Notes: generated by a model not told the origin, from the sequence alone. 63,864 nt of DNA, filler included, from Octopus bimaculoides (GCF_001194135.2; 5 parts of 5 records of this genome joined end to end with filler, not necessarily neighbours in it); one strand, 5' to 3'; shown: positions 38,831-54,699, counted from the whole stretch's first letter. Numbers and translations: made by a program.

Positions 38831-41008
38831 GAAGTGCAAGAATATATACACACATGCATACTGAAACGCATACACACAGCTGCATGCACGTGTGTGTGTG
38901 TATGCGTGTGTATGTGTGAGTGCATGTGTGTTCACGCGCATGGCTTTGTGTGTGTGCGTATGAGAGTGTTGGTATGATGTGGAAGACTCGTTGGGTCGCC
39001 GAGCAAGCACGAGACATGAATAAAGACTCAAGGAACAGAAAGAGAGGGGGTGGGGGAGGGTGAGAAGAGTGCGAGCAAGGAATGGAGAGATGGGAGTATG
39101 CAGTGAATGGAGAGTCACGAGGCGCAGTTTGTTGTTCATGTTGTTGTTTTTGCAGTGGCGGTAGTAGCGGTGGTGGTGGTGGTGGTGGTGGTGGTGATGT
39201 GACGGTGGTGGTGGGGAGATTGAGAAAGAGGTGNNNNNNNNNNNNNNNNNNNNNNNNNNNNNNNNNNNNNNNNNNNNNNNNNNNNNNNNNNNNNNNNNNN
39301 NNNNNNNNNNNNNNNNNNNNNNNNNNNNNNNNNNNNNNNNNNNNNNNNNNNNNNNNNNNNNNNNNNNNNNNNNNNNNNNNNNNNNNNNNNNNNNNNNNNN
39401 NNNNNNNNNNNNNNNNNNNNNNNNNNNNNNNNNNNNNNNNNNNNNNNNNNNNNNNNNNNNNNNNNNNNNNNNNNNNNNNNNNNNNNNNNNNNNNNNNNNN
39501 NNNNNNNNNNNNNNNNNNNNNNNNNNNNNNNNNNNNNNNNNNNNNNNNNNNNNNNNNNNNNNNNNNNNNNNNNNNNNNNNNNNNNNNNNNNNNNNNNNNN
39601 NNNNNNNNNNNNNNNNNNNNNNNNNNNNNNNNNNNNNNNNNNNNNNNNNNNNNNNNNNNNNNNNNNNNNNNNNNNNNNNNNNNNNNNNNNNNNNNNNNNN
39701 NNNNNNNNNNNNNNNNNNNNNNNNNNNNNNNNNNNNNNNNNNNNNNNNNNNNNNNNNNNNNNNNNNNNNNNNNNNNNNNNNNNNNNNNNNNNNNNNNNNN
39801 NNNNNNNNNNNNNNNNNNNNNNNNNNNNNNNNNNNNNNNNNNNNNNNNNNNNNNNNNNNNNNNNNNNNNNNNNNNNNNNNNNNNNNNNNNNNNNNNNNNN
39901 NNNNNNNNNNNNNNNNNNNNNNNNNNNNNNNNNNNNNNNNNNNNNNNNNNNNNNNNNNNNNNNNNNNNGTGATACTCTGAGTGGGAGGGAGGAGGGGGTA
40001 AAGTGGAGCAAAGCAGGTAAGTTAGAGTTTGAGTGTGAGTGGAGTGTGTCAGAAGCTGAGTGAGGAATGAAATGAGCGAAGAAGAAGAGGGTAGGGATGA
40101 GGAGAACAGTCGTGACGACGACGAAGATGATGGTGATGGTGATGACGATGATGATGATGATGGTGGTGATGATGATTGTGATGATGGCGATGATGATGAT
40201 GGTGATGACGATGATGATGATGATGGTGGTGATGATGATTGTGATGATGACGATGATGGTTTATTTGAGAGTTATGAAAGGACATTNNNNNNNNNNNNNN
40301 NNNNNNNNNNNNNNNNNNNNNNNNNNNNNNNNNNNNNNNNNNNNNNNNNNNNNNNNNNNNNNNNNNNNNNNNNNNNNNNNNNNNNNNNNNNNNNNNNNNN
40401 NNNNNNNNNNNNNNNNNNNNNNNNNNNNNNNNNNNNNNNNNNNNNNNNNNNNNNNNNNNNNNNNNNNNNNNNNNNNNNNNNNNNNNNNNNNNNNNNNNNN
40501 NNNNNNNNNNNNNNNNNNNNNNNNNNNNNNNNNNNNNNNNNNNNNNNNNNNNNNNNNNNNNNNNNNNNNNNNNNNNNNNNNNNNNNNNNNNNNNNNNNNN
40601 NNNNNNNNNNNNNNNNNNNNNNNNNNNNNNNNNNNNNNNNNNNNNNNNNNNNNNNNNNNNNNNNNNNNNNNNNNNNNNNNNNNNNNNNNNNNNNNNNNNN
40701 NNNNNNNNNNNNNNNNNNNNNNNNNNNNNNNNNNNNNNNNNNNNNNNNNNNNNNNNNNNNNNNNNNNNNNNNNNNNNNNNNNNNNNNNNNNNNNNNNNNN
40801 NNNNNNNNNNNNNNNNNNNNNNNNNNNNNNNNNNNNNNNNNNNNNNNNNNNNNNNNNNNNNNNNNNNNNNNNNNNNNNNNNNNNNNNNNNNNNNNNNNNN
40901 NNNNNNNNNNNNNNNNNNNNNNNNNNNNNNNNNNNNNNNNNNNNNNNNNNNNNNNNNNNNNNNNNNNNNNNNNNNNNNNNNNNNNNNNNNNNNNNNNNNN
41001 NNNNNNNN

Positions 41009-41052
<44 letters not shown>

Positions 41053-42696
41053 TACATACATATGAATATAGACATGCGCAGACAAACACATACACACACA
41101 CATATACATACACACACACATTGCGTGTGTACGTAGACCAGAAGACAAAGCAAGGAGTAAATGAAAGAGACAGGAAAAGGAAAGGAAGAGAGAAGAGAAT
41201 AAGAAAGAGAGGGAAAGCGAGAACGAGTGAGAGAGAGAGAGAGAGAGAGAGCGAGAGCAAAAGAGACATAGTGTAAGGGAGGGAGAGAGAGAGAGCAGCG
41301 GCGATTTTGGCTGGCTGAACACTGCAGGTGGTCCCTCCCAGTTGTTACTGACAGCAGGGGGTGTCTACTGTAGGAGTGAGAGGAGGAGGAGGAGGAGAAT
41401 GTCTAGGAAGGCAAGGGCGATAAGGGACGAGGAGGAGGAATGAGAGAGATAAAATGATTGACATACAGAGGCAGAGAAAATGAGAGGGAAACAGTTAGAG
41501 GGACAGAGAGAGAGAGAAAGAGAGATGGTATTATTGACATATATATAGAGAGAGAAAGAGACAGGCAATCGGAGTAAAGGGAGGGAAAACAAAGTGAGAG
41601 AGATAGTGGGGAAAAGGGATAGAGGAGTAGTGGAAGAAGGAAGGAAAGGGGGACAGGGAGGATGTATGAATGTGAGAGAGAAAAGGAGGAGTAGGCAGGG
41701 GATGGGGAGGAGAAAGAGAGATATATATATATAATGATAAAAGGGGAGGTGAAGGATGAGAGAGTATAAAAGAAAAGAGAGGGTGAATATATAGATACAG
41801 AGAGAGAGAGGGAGAAGTAATAAAAAAAGGGGGTAAGGGTGGTAACATTGTAGGAATGTAATAGATAGAAAGAGAGGTAAAGAGAGAAATAGATAGACAG
41901 ATAGAGAGAGAGAGAGACTGGCAGATAGATAGATGGATACAAGGGGAGATATCAAAGAAAGAGAAGGAGATGGAGGAGGAGAAGTAAAACGAGATAGAAA
42001 AAGGTTGTAGAGGCAAACAGGGAGGGATAACGATGGTCGGAGTAGGAGGAGGAGTGGAGAGGGACAAGGAGAGTATGAAAGAGGGGAAAAGAGCGAGAGT
42101 AAGAGATAAAGAGAGAGAGAGTAGAAAGAAAGAGTGATGTATGTGAAACTATGTATCTATCGCTGTACCTGTATGTAAATACATATATATATACATACAT
42201 ATACGCATGTGTGTATATGTGCTTATGTGTGTGTGTGCATATACATNNNNNNNNNNNNNNNNNNNNNNNNNNNNNNNNNNNNNNNNNNNNNNNNNNNNNN
42301 NNNNNNNNNNNNNNNNNNNNNNNNNNNNNNNNNNNNNNNNNNNNNNNNNNNNNNNNNNNNNNNNNNNNNNNNNNNNNNNNNNNNNNNNNNNNNNNNNNNN
42401 NNNNNNNNNNNNNNNNNNNNNNNNNNNNNNNNNNNNNNNNNNNNNNNNNNNNNNNNNNNNNNNNNNNNNNNNNNNNNNNNNNNNNNNNNNNNNNNNNNNN
42501 NNNNNTATATATGGATATATGAAGAGATATATATACATATTCTCCCGCACATTTACTTATCTCGCGTGTATATCTCTGTATATCCGTGTATCGTTGTAAG
42601 CATCTATCAGGCGATACGTCTATCTGTCTATCCATCTGTGTGATTACGTGTGTGTGAGTGGTTCGGTATGTGTGTGTGTGTGTGTGCTTTGTACGA

Positions 42697-42735
<39 letters not shown>

Positions 42736-44210
42736 CGTGTGCGTGTGTATAGATAGGATAAAGAGAGAGAGAGAGAAAGTGAAAAAGAATTACATAAACA
42801 GAAATAAACACATTAACGTATACATATATTTTGTTCGATTTGTACGTGTAACTGTTTAGATGTATACCTAGTTAGATAATGCGATATATATAGTTACATA
42901 CATATACATATACATATAGATACATACATACATGTATATATATATATGTATATACACATACATATATATATAATTTATGAATATGCATGCATTTTTATAC
43001 ATGCATAAATACATACATTGTATGTGTGTGTTTATATAACTATATCTATCCAGCCATCTGTATATCTATCTGTCTACCTCTCTAGGTTTCCGTGTATCTC
43101 TTTCTCTCTCTCTCTTTCTCTCTCTATCTCTCTCTCTATATCTCTCTCTATCTATCTATCTTTCTATTTATCTGTCTCTCTCTCTATCTATCTATATCTA
43201 TCTATCTACCTACCTATCTATCTATCTATCTATCTATCTATTTATCTCTCTCTCTCTCTCTCTCTCTATATNNNNNNNNNNNNNNNNNNNNNNNNNNNNN
43301 NNNNNNNNNNNNNNNNNNNNNNNNNNNNNNNNNNNNNNNNNNNNNNNNNNNNNNNNNNNNNNNNNNNNNNNNNNNNNNNNNNNNNNNNNNNNNNNNNNNN
43401 NNNNNNNNNNNNNNNNNNNNNNNNNNNNNNNNNNNNNNNNNNNNNNNNNNNNNNNNNNNNNNNNNNNNNNNNNNNNNNNNNNNNNNNNNNNNNNNNNNNN
43501 NNNNNNNNNNNNNNNNNNNNNNNNNNNNNNNNNNNNNNNNNNNNNNNNNNNNNNNNNNNNNNNNNNNNNNNNNNNNNNNNNNNNNNNNNNNNNNNNNNNN
43601 NNNNNNNNNNNNNNNNNNNNNNNNNNNNNNNNNNNNNNNNNNNNNNNNNNNNNNNNNNNNNNNNNNNNNNNNNNNNNNNNNNNNNNNNNNNNNNNNNNNN
43701 NNNNNNNNNNNNNNNNNNNNNNNNNNNNNNNNNNNNNNNNNNNNNNNNNNNNNNNNNNNNNNNNNNNNNNNNNNNNNNNNNNNNNNNNNNNNNNNNNNNN
43801 NNNNNNNNNNNNNNNNNNNNNNNNNNNNNNNNNNNNNNNNNNNNNNNNNNNNNNNNNNNNNNNNNNNNNNNNNNNNNNNNNNNNNNNNNNNNNNNNNNNN
43901 NNNNNNNNNNNNNNNNNNNNNNNNNNNNNNNNNNNNNNNNNNNNNNNNNNNNNNNNNNNNNNNNNNNNNNNNNNNNNNNNNNNNNNNNNNNNNNNNNNNN
44001 NNNNNNNNNNNNNNNNNNNNNNNNNNNNNNNNNNNNNNNNNNNNNNNNNNNNNNNNNNNNNNNNNNNNNNNNNNNNACCACCACCACCACTACCACCACC
44101 ACCACCACTACCACCACCACCACCACTACTACTCAGTAAAAACGCTCATACGTATGTATGTGTGTATGTATGTATGTATGTATGTATGGGCGTGTGTGTA
44201 TATACAAACG

Positions 44211-44244
<34 letters not shown>

Positions 44245-44405
44245 CACGTCTATATGTGGGTACGTGTGTATACCTGCACATCATGTGTGAGTACATGCAT
44301 ATGTGAATGTGTATTATATTTGTATGTGTGCGTCTAAACATGTGTGTATATATATATATATATGTATATATATGTGTGTGTATACGTATATATATAATCA
44401 TGAAC

Positions 44406-44436
<31 letters not shown>

Positions 44437-44441
44437 CAGAG

Positions 44442-44486
<45 letters not shown>

Positions 44487-44900
44487 TATGTGTGCGTACC
44501 TATGTATATGTGAGTGTGTACACAATGATATATAACCGCACAGGCACACACACACATACGCATGCGCATGCGCACACACACACACACGGATACAGAAAGG
44601 TATGACTTCTGCCTTACTCCCCCCCCTACAGCCCCTGCCAGTCCCTCTGCTTCTCTCACTCTCCACATTCTTCCAGTCTCCACGATTACGTACTCTCACC
44701 ACCACCACCACCGACACCTCCCATCTCCTCCGCCCGCTTCTTTACAACAGCGCGCACGCGCACATGCACGCATACACATGCATTCATGCATATACAGATA
44801 TGTGTGTGTGTGTACACACAAACCAATATATTACGCGATTTATGTCATATTTCTACGTATATTCACATCTATTCTCATTCAAACACCGTGAATATACGCA

Positions 44901-44959
<59 letters not shown>

Positions 44960-46065
44960 CTGTCTGTGTGTGTGTATGTATGTATACATATATATAATTA
45001 TATATATATATATATATACATTTCTATATAATATATATACATACATATATATATATATATATGCATNNNNNNNNNNNNNNNNNNNNNNNNNNNNNNNNNN
45101 NNNNNNNNNNNNNNNNNNNNNNNNNNNNNNNNNNNNNNNNNNNNNNNNNNNNNNNNNNNNNNNNNNNNNNNNNNNNNNNNNNNNNNNNNNNNNNNNNNNN
45201 NNNNNNNNNNNNNNNNNNNNNNNNNNNNNNNNNNNNNNNNNNNNNNNNNNNNNNNNNNNNNNNNNNNNNNNNNNNNNNNNNNNNNNNNNNNNNNNNNNNN
45301 NNNNNNNNNNNNNNNNNNNNNNNNNNNNNNNNNNNNNNNNNNNNNNNNNNNNNNNNNNNNNNNNNNNNNNNNNNNNNNNNNNNNNNNNNNNNNNNNNNNN
45401 NNNNNNNNNNNNNNNNNNNNNNNNNNNNNNNNNNNNNNNNNNNNNNNNNNNNNNNNNNNNNNNNNNNNNNNNNNNNNNNNNNNNNNNNNNNNNNNNNNNN
45501 NNNNNNNNNNNNNNNNNNNNNNNNNNNNNNNNNNNNNNNNNNNNNNNNNNNNNNNNNNNNNNNNNNNNNNNNNNNNNNNNNNNNNNNNNNNNNNNNNNNN
45601 NNNNNNNNNNNNNNNNNNNNNNNNNNNNNNNNNNNNNNNNNNNNNNNNNNNNNNNNNNNNNNNNNNNNNNNNNNNNNNNNNNNNNNNNNNNNNNNNNNNN
45701 NNNNNNNNNNNNNNNNNNNNNNNNNNNNNNNNNNNNNNNNNNNNNNNNNNNNNNNNNNNNNNNNNNNNNNNNNNNNNNNNNNNNNNNNNNNNNNNNNNNN
45801 NNNNNNNNNNNNNNNNNNNNNNNNNNNNNNNNNNNNNNNNNNNNNNNNNNNNNNNNNNNNNNNNNNNNNNNNNNNNNNNNNNNNNNNNNNNNNNNNNNNN
45901 NNNNNNNNNNNNNNNNNNNNNNNNNNNNNNNNNNNNNNNNNNNNNNNNNNNNNNNNNNNNNNNNNNNNNNNNNNNNNNNNNNNNNNNNNNNNNTATATAA
46001 ACTTACTTGGAAATGGATGCGTGGCGTTGAATCAACTAATATTATAAATAATATATGTATATAGA

Positions 46066-46118
<53 letters not shown>

Positions 46119-46121
46119 CTT

Positions 46122-46163
<42 letters not shown>

Positions 46164-46557
46164 TATATGCAGGACGTCACCAACGGTGACCGACATACGC
46201 ACGCACGTATATATGTGAGTATTTATATAGCGTTTATGTACACATTCACACACACACACACACACGCATGCATGCACACACACACAGTATAAGATACAAA
46301 GTATTAGCCTCTTCGTGTTCATTTGCCTCGGTAGACATAGCAGCCAAATCTCTGCAAAACGGAAATACAAATTCGATAGCTTCCTTTTACTCACAAAAAT
46401 GCTGGAATGTTCACGTTTGGAACATTTTGGACTATAGGTAAGGTCTGACCTGGGGTTAAACGCAAGTGCAAGAATAAACACATACGCACACACACAGACA
46501 TATATACAAAAATATATGAAGTTATAGATAAATATATATATGTATATAACATATACA

Positions 46558-46589
<32 letters not shown>

Positions 46590-46655
46590 CAAACACACAC
46601 TCACACACGCACGCACACACATATATATATATACATTTATATATAAATATAAATG

Positions 46656-46697
<42 letters not shown>

Positions 46698-46778
46698 TAT
46701 GTATATATATATTTATACATATATAAATACATAAATACAAATATATATATACAAACACACACACTCACACGTACGCAA

Positions 46779-46818
<40 letters not shown>

Positions 46819-47370
46819 TATATGTATATAAATATACATACGCATATTACTCATTCCAAAGCATAGTCATATATATACACGTAAATATACACACTAACAC
46901 CTGTATACGCATGTTAGTACATATATATACACACACATAAATATATATATATATATACATATATTTATGTATGTATATATATATATANNNNNNNNNNNNN
47001 NNNNNNNNNNNNNNNNNNNNNNNNNNNNNNNNNNNNNNNNNNNNNNNNNNNNNNNNNNNNNNNNNNNNNNNNNNNNNNNNNNNNNNNNNNNNNNNNNNNN
47101 NNNNNNNNNNNNNNNNNNNNNNNNNNNNNNNNNNNNNNNNNNNNNNNNNNNNNNNNNNNNNNNNNNNNNNNNNNNNNNNNNNNNNNNNNNNNNNNNNNNN
47201 NNNNNNNNNNNNNNNNNNNNNNNNNNNNNNNNNNNNNNNNNNNNNNNNNNNNNNNNNNNNNNNNNNNNNNNNNNNNNNNNNNNNNNNNNNNNNNNNNNNN
47301 NNNNNNNNNNNNNNNNNNNNNNNNNNNNNNNNNNNNNNNNNNNNNNNNNNNNNNNNNNNNNNNNNNNNNN

Positions 47371-47403
<33 letters not shown>

Positions 47404-47630
47404 TACACATGTACACACACACTCACATGCAGATATACATACCTTCGCACATTTACATACATATTTTTACATTCTGTGAATGACACACCTTCAAACCATT
47501 GGGGTCAAACAGTTACGTGTATATATTTCTGTGTATAAATGTAGATGATACACTATTGTACACGCTCAACTGTGTAAACATACATATTATTATACGTATG
47601 TATATACATACACATACATAGACACACACG

Positions 47631-47718
<88 letters not shown>

Positions 47719-48686
47719 GAAACGTATATGAAAGTATAGATGTATTATGTATGTATATACATGGGTATATGTATGTGTGTACGTTTGTATTGTGTTTTTA
47801 TATATACACACATATTATATATACACGCACACGGACAAACACATGCACATGCGTTCACACATACTCACACACGCACACTCACACACATACATATGCTACT
47901 GCGCGATACCTTGAGCAAGTTTCTTCAACTATAACCATGGTCGGCCCAGGGCTATGGTTAAATTGGTTGTGGTAAACTGAACGACGTCCGCCGTGTGTGT
48001 GTGTGTGTGTGTGTGTGTGACTGCGTGTGAGTGTTTTATGTAGGGGTGTGGATGCGCGTGTGGGTGTATTTTCCTTTCCGCTATCGCTTCACAGCCGGTG
48101 CTAGTTTGTTTATGTTCCCATAAACAGCGGTTCGGTGAAAATTGGGCGATAGAATAAGTATTAAGTAATGGGGTCTCGGTGATCGACTAAACCTGTCAAG
48201 GCGTTGCCCTAGCATGGCCGCAGACCGTAAACGGTAAATGATATATAGATAGATAGATAGATGGACAGATAGATAGATAGATAGATAATTAGGTAGGTAG
48301 GTACATAGATAGATATGAATGCATGTATTTATGCGTTTATGAATGTATGTATGTATATATATATGTATGTACGTATGTATGAATGTATGTATGTATGTCT
48401 GAGGTCTGCACGTATTTACGTATGTATATGTATACATGCATGTATATATGTATGTATGTATTATGTCTGTATGCATGAATGCATGTATGTATGCATGTAT
48501 ATATGTATGCATTGATGTATGTATACCTGTATGCATGTATGTATATATGTCTGTCTGTATGTGTGCATGTTTATATATGTATGTATCTATGTATGCATAT
48601 ATGTATGTATGTCTGTATGTCTACCTGTATTTATGTATGCAAGTATGTACGCATGTTTGTGTGTATGTATGTTTTGTGTACGCTCG

Positions 48687-48731
<45 letters not shown>

Positions 48732-49039
48732 ATGTACGACGGTCTGTACGCATGCGCTTCTTATTTAGCCCCGAGTCAAACCTAATCGTGCAAGCGCATT
48801 AATAAAATTGTTTTATGTGTGACCTTCCCGCCTTTTTCATTACAAGTGTAACTGGATTGTCCGTTGCGATAATGATTCCAAAAAAAAGAAAACACACACT
48901 CAGTAGAGTGCAATAAGAGGACGATTCTCTTTCTGCACATATTGTCTTATGTACTATACACACCGCAGGGTCTATGCATGCATATAAATATAACTATATA
49001 CACACATACACACAAACTTACATACAAGTTCATATCTAA

Positions 49040-49076
<37 letters not shown>

Positions 49077-49211
49077 NNNNNNNNNNNNNNNNNNNNNNNN
49101 NNNNNNNNNNNNNNNNNNNNTTAATTAATTAANNNNNNNNNNNNNNNNNNNNNNNNNNNNNNNNNNNNNNNNNNNNCAGCTACGCCGGGGGCCTCCGCCA
49201 CCAGCACCACC

Positions 49212-49243
<32 letters not shown>

Positions 49244-50165
49244 ACATTGAAAACAGCATCATCATATATATCATCAGCAACAGTAGCAAGAATGATTATT
49301 AAGAAGAAAACAAAAAAAAAAGGGAGAAAAGAAAAAGAAAATTGCGGAAGAGCATAGAAGTGGAATTGCGAACATGTGTGTATATGACAGCTTTGAATGA
49401 AGATCTGTCGGGGAAGTGTTTCATTCTGAATCTACTGATATATATTTTCACAGCTGTATTGCAAGGGAGAATCAAACAGAATTTTGCCAAGATCCAATAG
49501 GAACAGCAAGACAGGTTCAAAAAAGCAGTTATACTTTAAAACAGCAATATTTCTTAGTAATTCAAGGGGTGCTGATATGAGTTAGAGCGATGAGAGACAC
49601 ACAGACACACAGGGAATATATATATATACATATATGTATAATCTAAATATATATATATATACACATATATATATACGTATATATATATATACGTATGTAT
49701 TCAATGGCAATATTTCTTACTAATTTAAGAAGTTGATTTTAGGCAGAATGGTGAGAGAGAATATATATGTATGTGTGTTTGTGTGTGTATGTGTGTTTGT
49801 GTGTGTGTGTATTTGTGTGTGTGTGTATTTGTGTGTGTGTGTGTGGGGGGGGGTAGATGTGTCTAGTGCAGTAGTGCTTGCAGCCCTCTTATTTACAATT
49901 CTCTACCGTTGGTAAGACCATGTGATGAAAAGAGAAGCGGTCTCATATGCGAGTTTTTTCCCTGCTTTCTAGAAAGCTTTTCTCTCTCATCAACGAGCCT
50001 GCGGTCATACACGGCCATTAGGTGCTTTGCGGCTCTAGGCTAACTTACTTCGAAGGGGGACTCGGAGTGGTATTGGGGCCTAGGGATATAGTGTGCAGGC
50101 CCACCCTTGTGGATATGCTTCCTGCACTGTAAGTGAATCTAGTAAAATAAAGACGAAAAGAAAAG

Positions 50166-50201
<36 letters not shown>

Positions 50202-50836
50202 NNNNNNNNNNNNNNNNNNNNNNNNNNNNNNNNNNNNNNNNNNNNNNNNNNNNNNNNNNNNNNNNNNNNNNNNNNNNNNNNNNNNNNNNNNNNNNNNNNN
50301 NNNNNNNNNNNNNNNNNNNNNNNNNNNNNNNNNNNNNNNNNNNNNNNNNNNNNNNNNNNNNNNNNNNNNNNNNNNNNNNNNNNNNNNNNNNNNNNNNNNN
50401 NNNNNNNNNNNNNNNNNNNNNNNNNNNNNNNNNNNNNNNNNNNNNNNNNNNNNNNNNNNNNNNNNNNNNNNNNNNNNNNNNNNNNNNNNNNNNNNNNNNN
50501 NNNNNNNNNNNNNNNNNNNNNNNNNNNNNNNNNNNNNNNNNNNNNNNNNNNNNNNNNNNNNNNNNNNNNNNNNNNNNNNNNNNNNNNNNNNNNNNNNNNN
50601 NNNNNNNNNNNNNNNNNNNNNNNNNNNNNNNNNNNNNNNNNNNNNNNNNNNNNNNNNNNNNNNNNNNNNNNNNNNNNNNNNNNNNNNNNNNNNNNNNNNN
50701 NNNNNNNNNNNNNNNNNNNNNNNNNNNNNNNNNNNNNNNNNNNNNNNNNNNNNNNNNNNNNNNNNNNNNNNNNNNNNNNNNNNNNNNNNNNNNNNNNNNN
50801 NNNNNNNNNNNNNNNNNNNNNNNNNNNNNNNNNNNN

Positions 50837-50868
<32 letters not shown>

Positions 50869-50879
50869 AGTGATAATAA

Positions 50880-51025
50880 TAATTGCAATTGAAGTACGCA
50901 TTGTCGACATGCAGAGAAGTACCATCCTATATTCTGCAAGAATCCTGAAGAAGATTCTTGTGATTCGAGATTTGTCATGAAACCTCAAGATAAAATCCCT
51001 GCTAATTAAATTAGCATGTACTAGC

Positions 51026-51030
<5 letters not shown>
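50880..51030 (+). mobile_element. R4/Dong-like non-LTR retrotransposon 3' end in a (TAA)n tract
   Basis: IAIEVRIVDMQRSTILYSARILKKIL* resembles the RLE-clade C-terminus; TAA repeats on both sides. Confidence 0.6.
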
Positions 51031-51065
<35 letters not shown>

Positions 51066-51339
51066 CAACAACAAGAGCACTCAGAGAGCGCAAGCCTCCA
51101 CCAACGTCCAATTTTCTTTGATTACTTTTTTTGATCCAGCAGACACTTCCCCATAACCATTCGATGTTTGAAAACTAGTTTTATAGAAACTTTTTTCTAA
51201 ATTCTTATTTTCACACATTAACTTGTGTAGGTTGTACTAAGTAAAGTGTTAGGAAAAGAAACCTTGCTGTTCTTTATTATTATTATTATTTTATATTTTT
51301 TTTTGCAATACATACCAGTACATACATCTAAAGCAAAAT

Positions 51340-51461
51340 TTTTTCAGGGGCTCTCGGACTTTTTTTTCAGGATCCTCAATTCACTATTTTATTGCGTGGA
51401 CCACCCCTAAAAATTCTAATGGACCCTCAGGGGCCGTGTGGACTCCGGTTGAGAACCACTG
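51340..51461. mobile_element. hAT (Charlie-like) MITE right end
   Basis: Ends GGTTGAGAACCACTG, the reverse complement of the CAGTGGTTCTCAACC TIR; the left TIR was not found. Confidence 0.55.
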
Positions 51462-52394
51462 GTTTAAACTGTTTCAGCCACTGATTGACATTAAGGAGTA
51501 GTTATTATCTCTTTGCGTTCCCGTGGCGTAGAGCCGCTGCGTCACTTTACGCAGTGCCTATGTACCAACTCAGCCCCTTAAAAGACAGGACAAGGACCGC
51601 TTCTCTCAGACATTAGATAAGACACTGACTAAAATACTCAGAAAGCAACGAACCTGTACAAATGCTACAAGGCATCCACTGCAATGTCGTTACAGATCCG
51701 CAACTCAACCCACCTTTGAATTGATGCTTTTTTTTTTCGTCTTTTTATCGACCACGAAAGGATAGAAAGCAAAACTGATTCCTGCGGGAATTAAACTCTG
51801 ATCCCAAAGAAAGAGAGAATCAGAATAAATACTGTGATGTATTCTGTCCGCCGATTTAATGACTCTACCAATTCGTCCGTTCGATTTTTTCTCTTTCTCG
51901 CACAAAATATTTTATTGCACTTTGCAAACGTTTTGCGAATCTACGAAATTTTGTCATCTCCAGTCTTCTCACTAACGTGAAAATATAAGCTCTGCATAGA
52001 CAAAAAGCATTTATCAGAATGATATATATGCGAGTAAGAACACACTCACATCTTCTTGTACAATCGGCTANNNNNNNNNNNNNNNNNNNNNNNNNNNNNN
52101 NNNNNNNNNNNNNNNNNNNNNNNNNNNNNNNNNNNNNNNNNNNNNNNNNNNNNNNNNNNNNNNNNNNNNNNNNNNNNNNNNNNNNNNNNNNNNNNNNNNN
52201 NNNNNNNNNNNNNNNNNNNNNNNNNNNNNNNNNNNNNNNNNNNNNNNNNNNNNNNNNNNNNNNNNNNNNNNNNNNNNNNNNNNNNNNNNNNNCACCAATA
52301 ATGGTGCTTTCATACCGATGGGCTTGGTAAAAATTATTAATTGTTAATCGATATATTAATTAATAAATTGGTAATCCTTTACCCTTTTAATTTG

Positions 52395-52446
<52 letters not shown>

Positions 52447-52495
52447 CGTAAATGTACTCCTGCTTCGAGTTCTATTTTCTGTTTGTGTCACCAAG

Positions 52496-52544
<49 letters not shown>

Positions 52545-52661
52545 CATCAGTTTGTCTGTCTGTTTGTCTATTATATGTGTGTGTATGTGTGTGATTGTGT
52601 GCGTGCGTATATATGTGTATGTATGTGTACGTATGTTCATATTTGTGTGTACAGATGTATG

Positions 52662-52702
<41 letters not shown>

Positions 52703-53276
52703 ATACACATTCTATGCGTGTTCATTGTTGTGTGTAATAGGCTTCTGTTGGTAGATCAAGGTGAATAGTTTGGAGGAATTGAACGGAGCTGGGTTCGCGC
52801 GAGTATCAAAGTAATGATTCCGAGAAGAAAACACACAGAGACACGTAAAAAAAAAAAGAAATAAAAAAAAAAGGGAANNNNNNNNNNAAAAAAAAAAGAA
52901 ATAAAAAAAAAAAGGGAAGGGAAGAAGAGAAAAGAAATTTCGATAGAATGGTCGAGTCATCGGAAAGGATGACTCACAAAAGTTTGTGTCAGCTCTTTCA
53001 TGCCGTTCTGGCACTTGGCCAAAGTAACGTTGGACATCTCCAAGGAACCAGTCAGAAATTGCATCGACGACCAACACCATTAATATTGTGGTAAAGTGGT
53101 GGAGCAGCTTGGAAGCTGGTATGAGCTTGTGTCAATTCGATTAAACACACACACACACACACACACAGACACACACACACATACACACACACACACACAC
53201 ACAAACACAAACACACATGCACACACATACATGTACACACAAAACAAACATTCGCATATTCACACACACATACATA

Positions 53277-53314
<38 letters not shown>

Positions 53315-53686
53315 CACATACATATACATGCGCACTAACAAACACAGACATACGATTATAGACACATACACACACGCAAACACACATACACGCACATTAA
53401 ATCATGCGCATACACAAACACATAAACACATATACACAAATCACAAACACATACGCACACACGCAAGCGCATATACGCACAAATACAAACACAAATTTCA
53501 TACGCACGAACACACACAGCCACAGACATGCACACACGCACAAGCACACACACACATAAAGATGAATCTTATTTTTAATGTTGACTCAAATGGAGTAAAA
53601 CATTGAATTAAGTGGAACATTCGTAAAACTCGAATATTCTGTTCGTGGTTTTCGCGAGAGAAGGCAGGGCGACGATGGATACGGCT

Positions 53687-53802
<116 letters not shown>

Positions 53803-53945
53803 ATGAGAGAGACAAACAGGCAGAGATAGGGAGATACAGAGGAGGAGGGAGAGAGAAAGAGAGAGGCTAACACATAAACAAAAAGAGAGAGAAAGAAAGA
53901 GAAACAGACAGACAGAGCGAGAAAAAGAGAGAAAGCGACAGACAG

Positions 53946-54032
<87 letters not shown>

Positions 54033-54406
54033 GTAAAAGGAGAAGGTAATACCATTAACGAAAGGCGATTGATGTTACAGGTACATTCGAGTGAAAATTG
54101 GAAGAGCAGACGACAGTCCGATTCGTGGAAAGCAAAAGACCGTTGTGATAATGGCGGAAAGAAACTCCTAAACGGCAACGGAAACATTGCATGGCGTAGG
54201 TCGCTGAGTAGTTTTCTACACAACACAAGAGAAGGCGCCATATGGCTTAAATGCATGCCTTGGTCACTGGGAGAATCTTGAGTACCAGTGGCTGAGAAAG
54301 GGATTTATTGTTGACACTGAGATATAAGTTATCTAGTCATTTGTCTGGACATAATAAAACTGAACGAATTTACATGACGACTGCGAACTAAGTAGTTACA
54401 AATGCA

Positions 54407-54456
<50 letters not shown>

Positions 54457-54699
54457 CGTCAGTTTTCTTTGGGCTTACAACTGCGCTGCTAAGTAGTAAA
54501 GATATATTAATTTATTAAGTTTTGCAATAATACAGGGTCATCGCAACCCTCTCGAATAGTCTCCACCAAGCTTTCCTGGCGAAAGAAATCCAGAAAAGTT
54601 TTCAAACTCTACTACCAACCCAAGGCAAGAAAAACACTCTTGCTACTGCCACTGAGTAGCAACAACAGCAAACATGATGTGCGGATACTGAAGAAACGC

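Noticed and set aside
46394-46448. Minus-strand exon candidate with good acceptor and donor
   Set aside because: The acceptor region (TTTAACCCCAGGTCAG) resembles a SINE-derived motif; no recognisable product.
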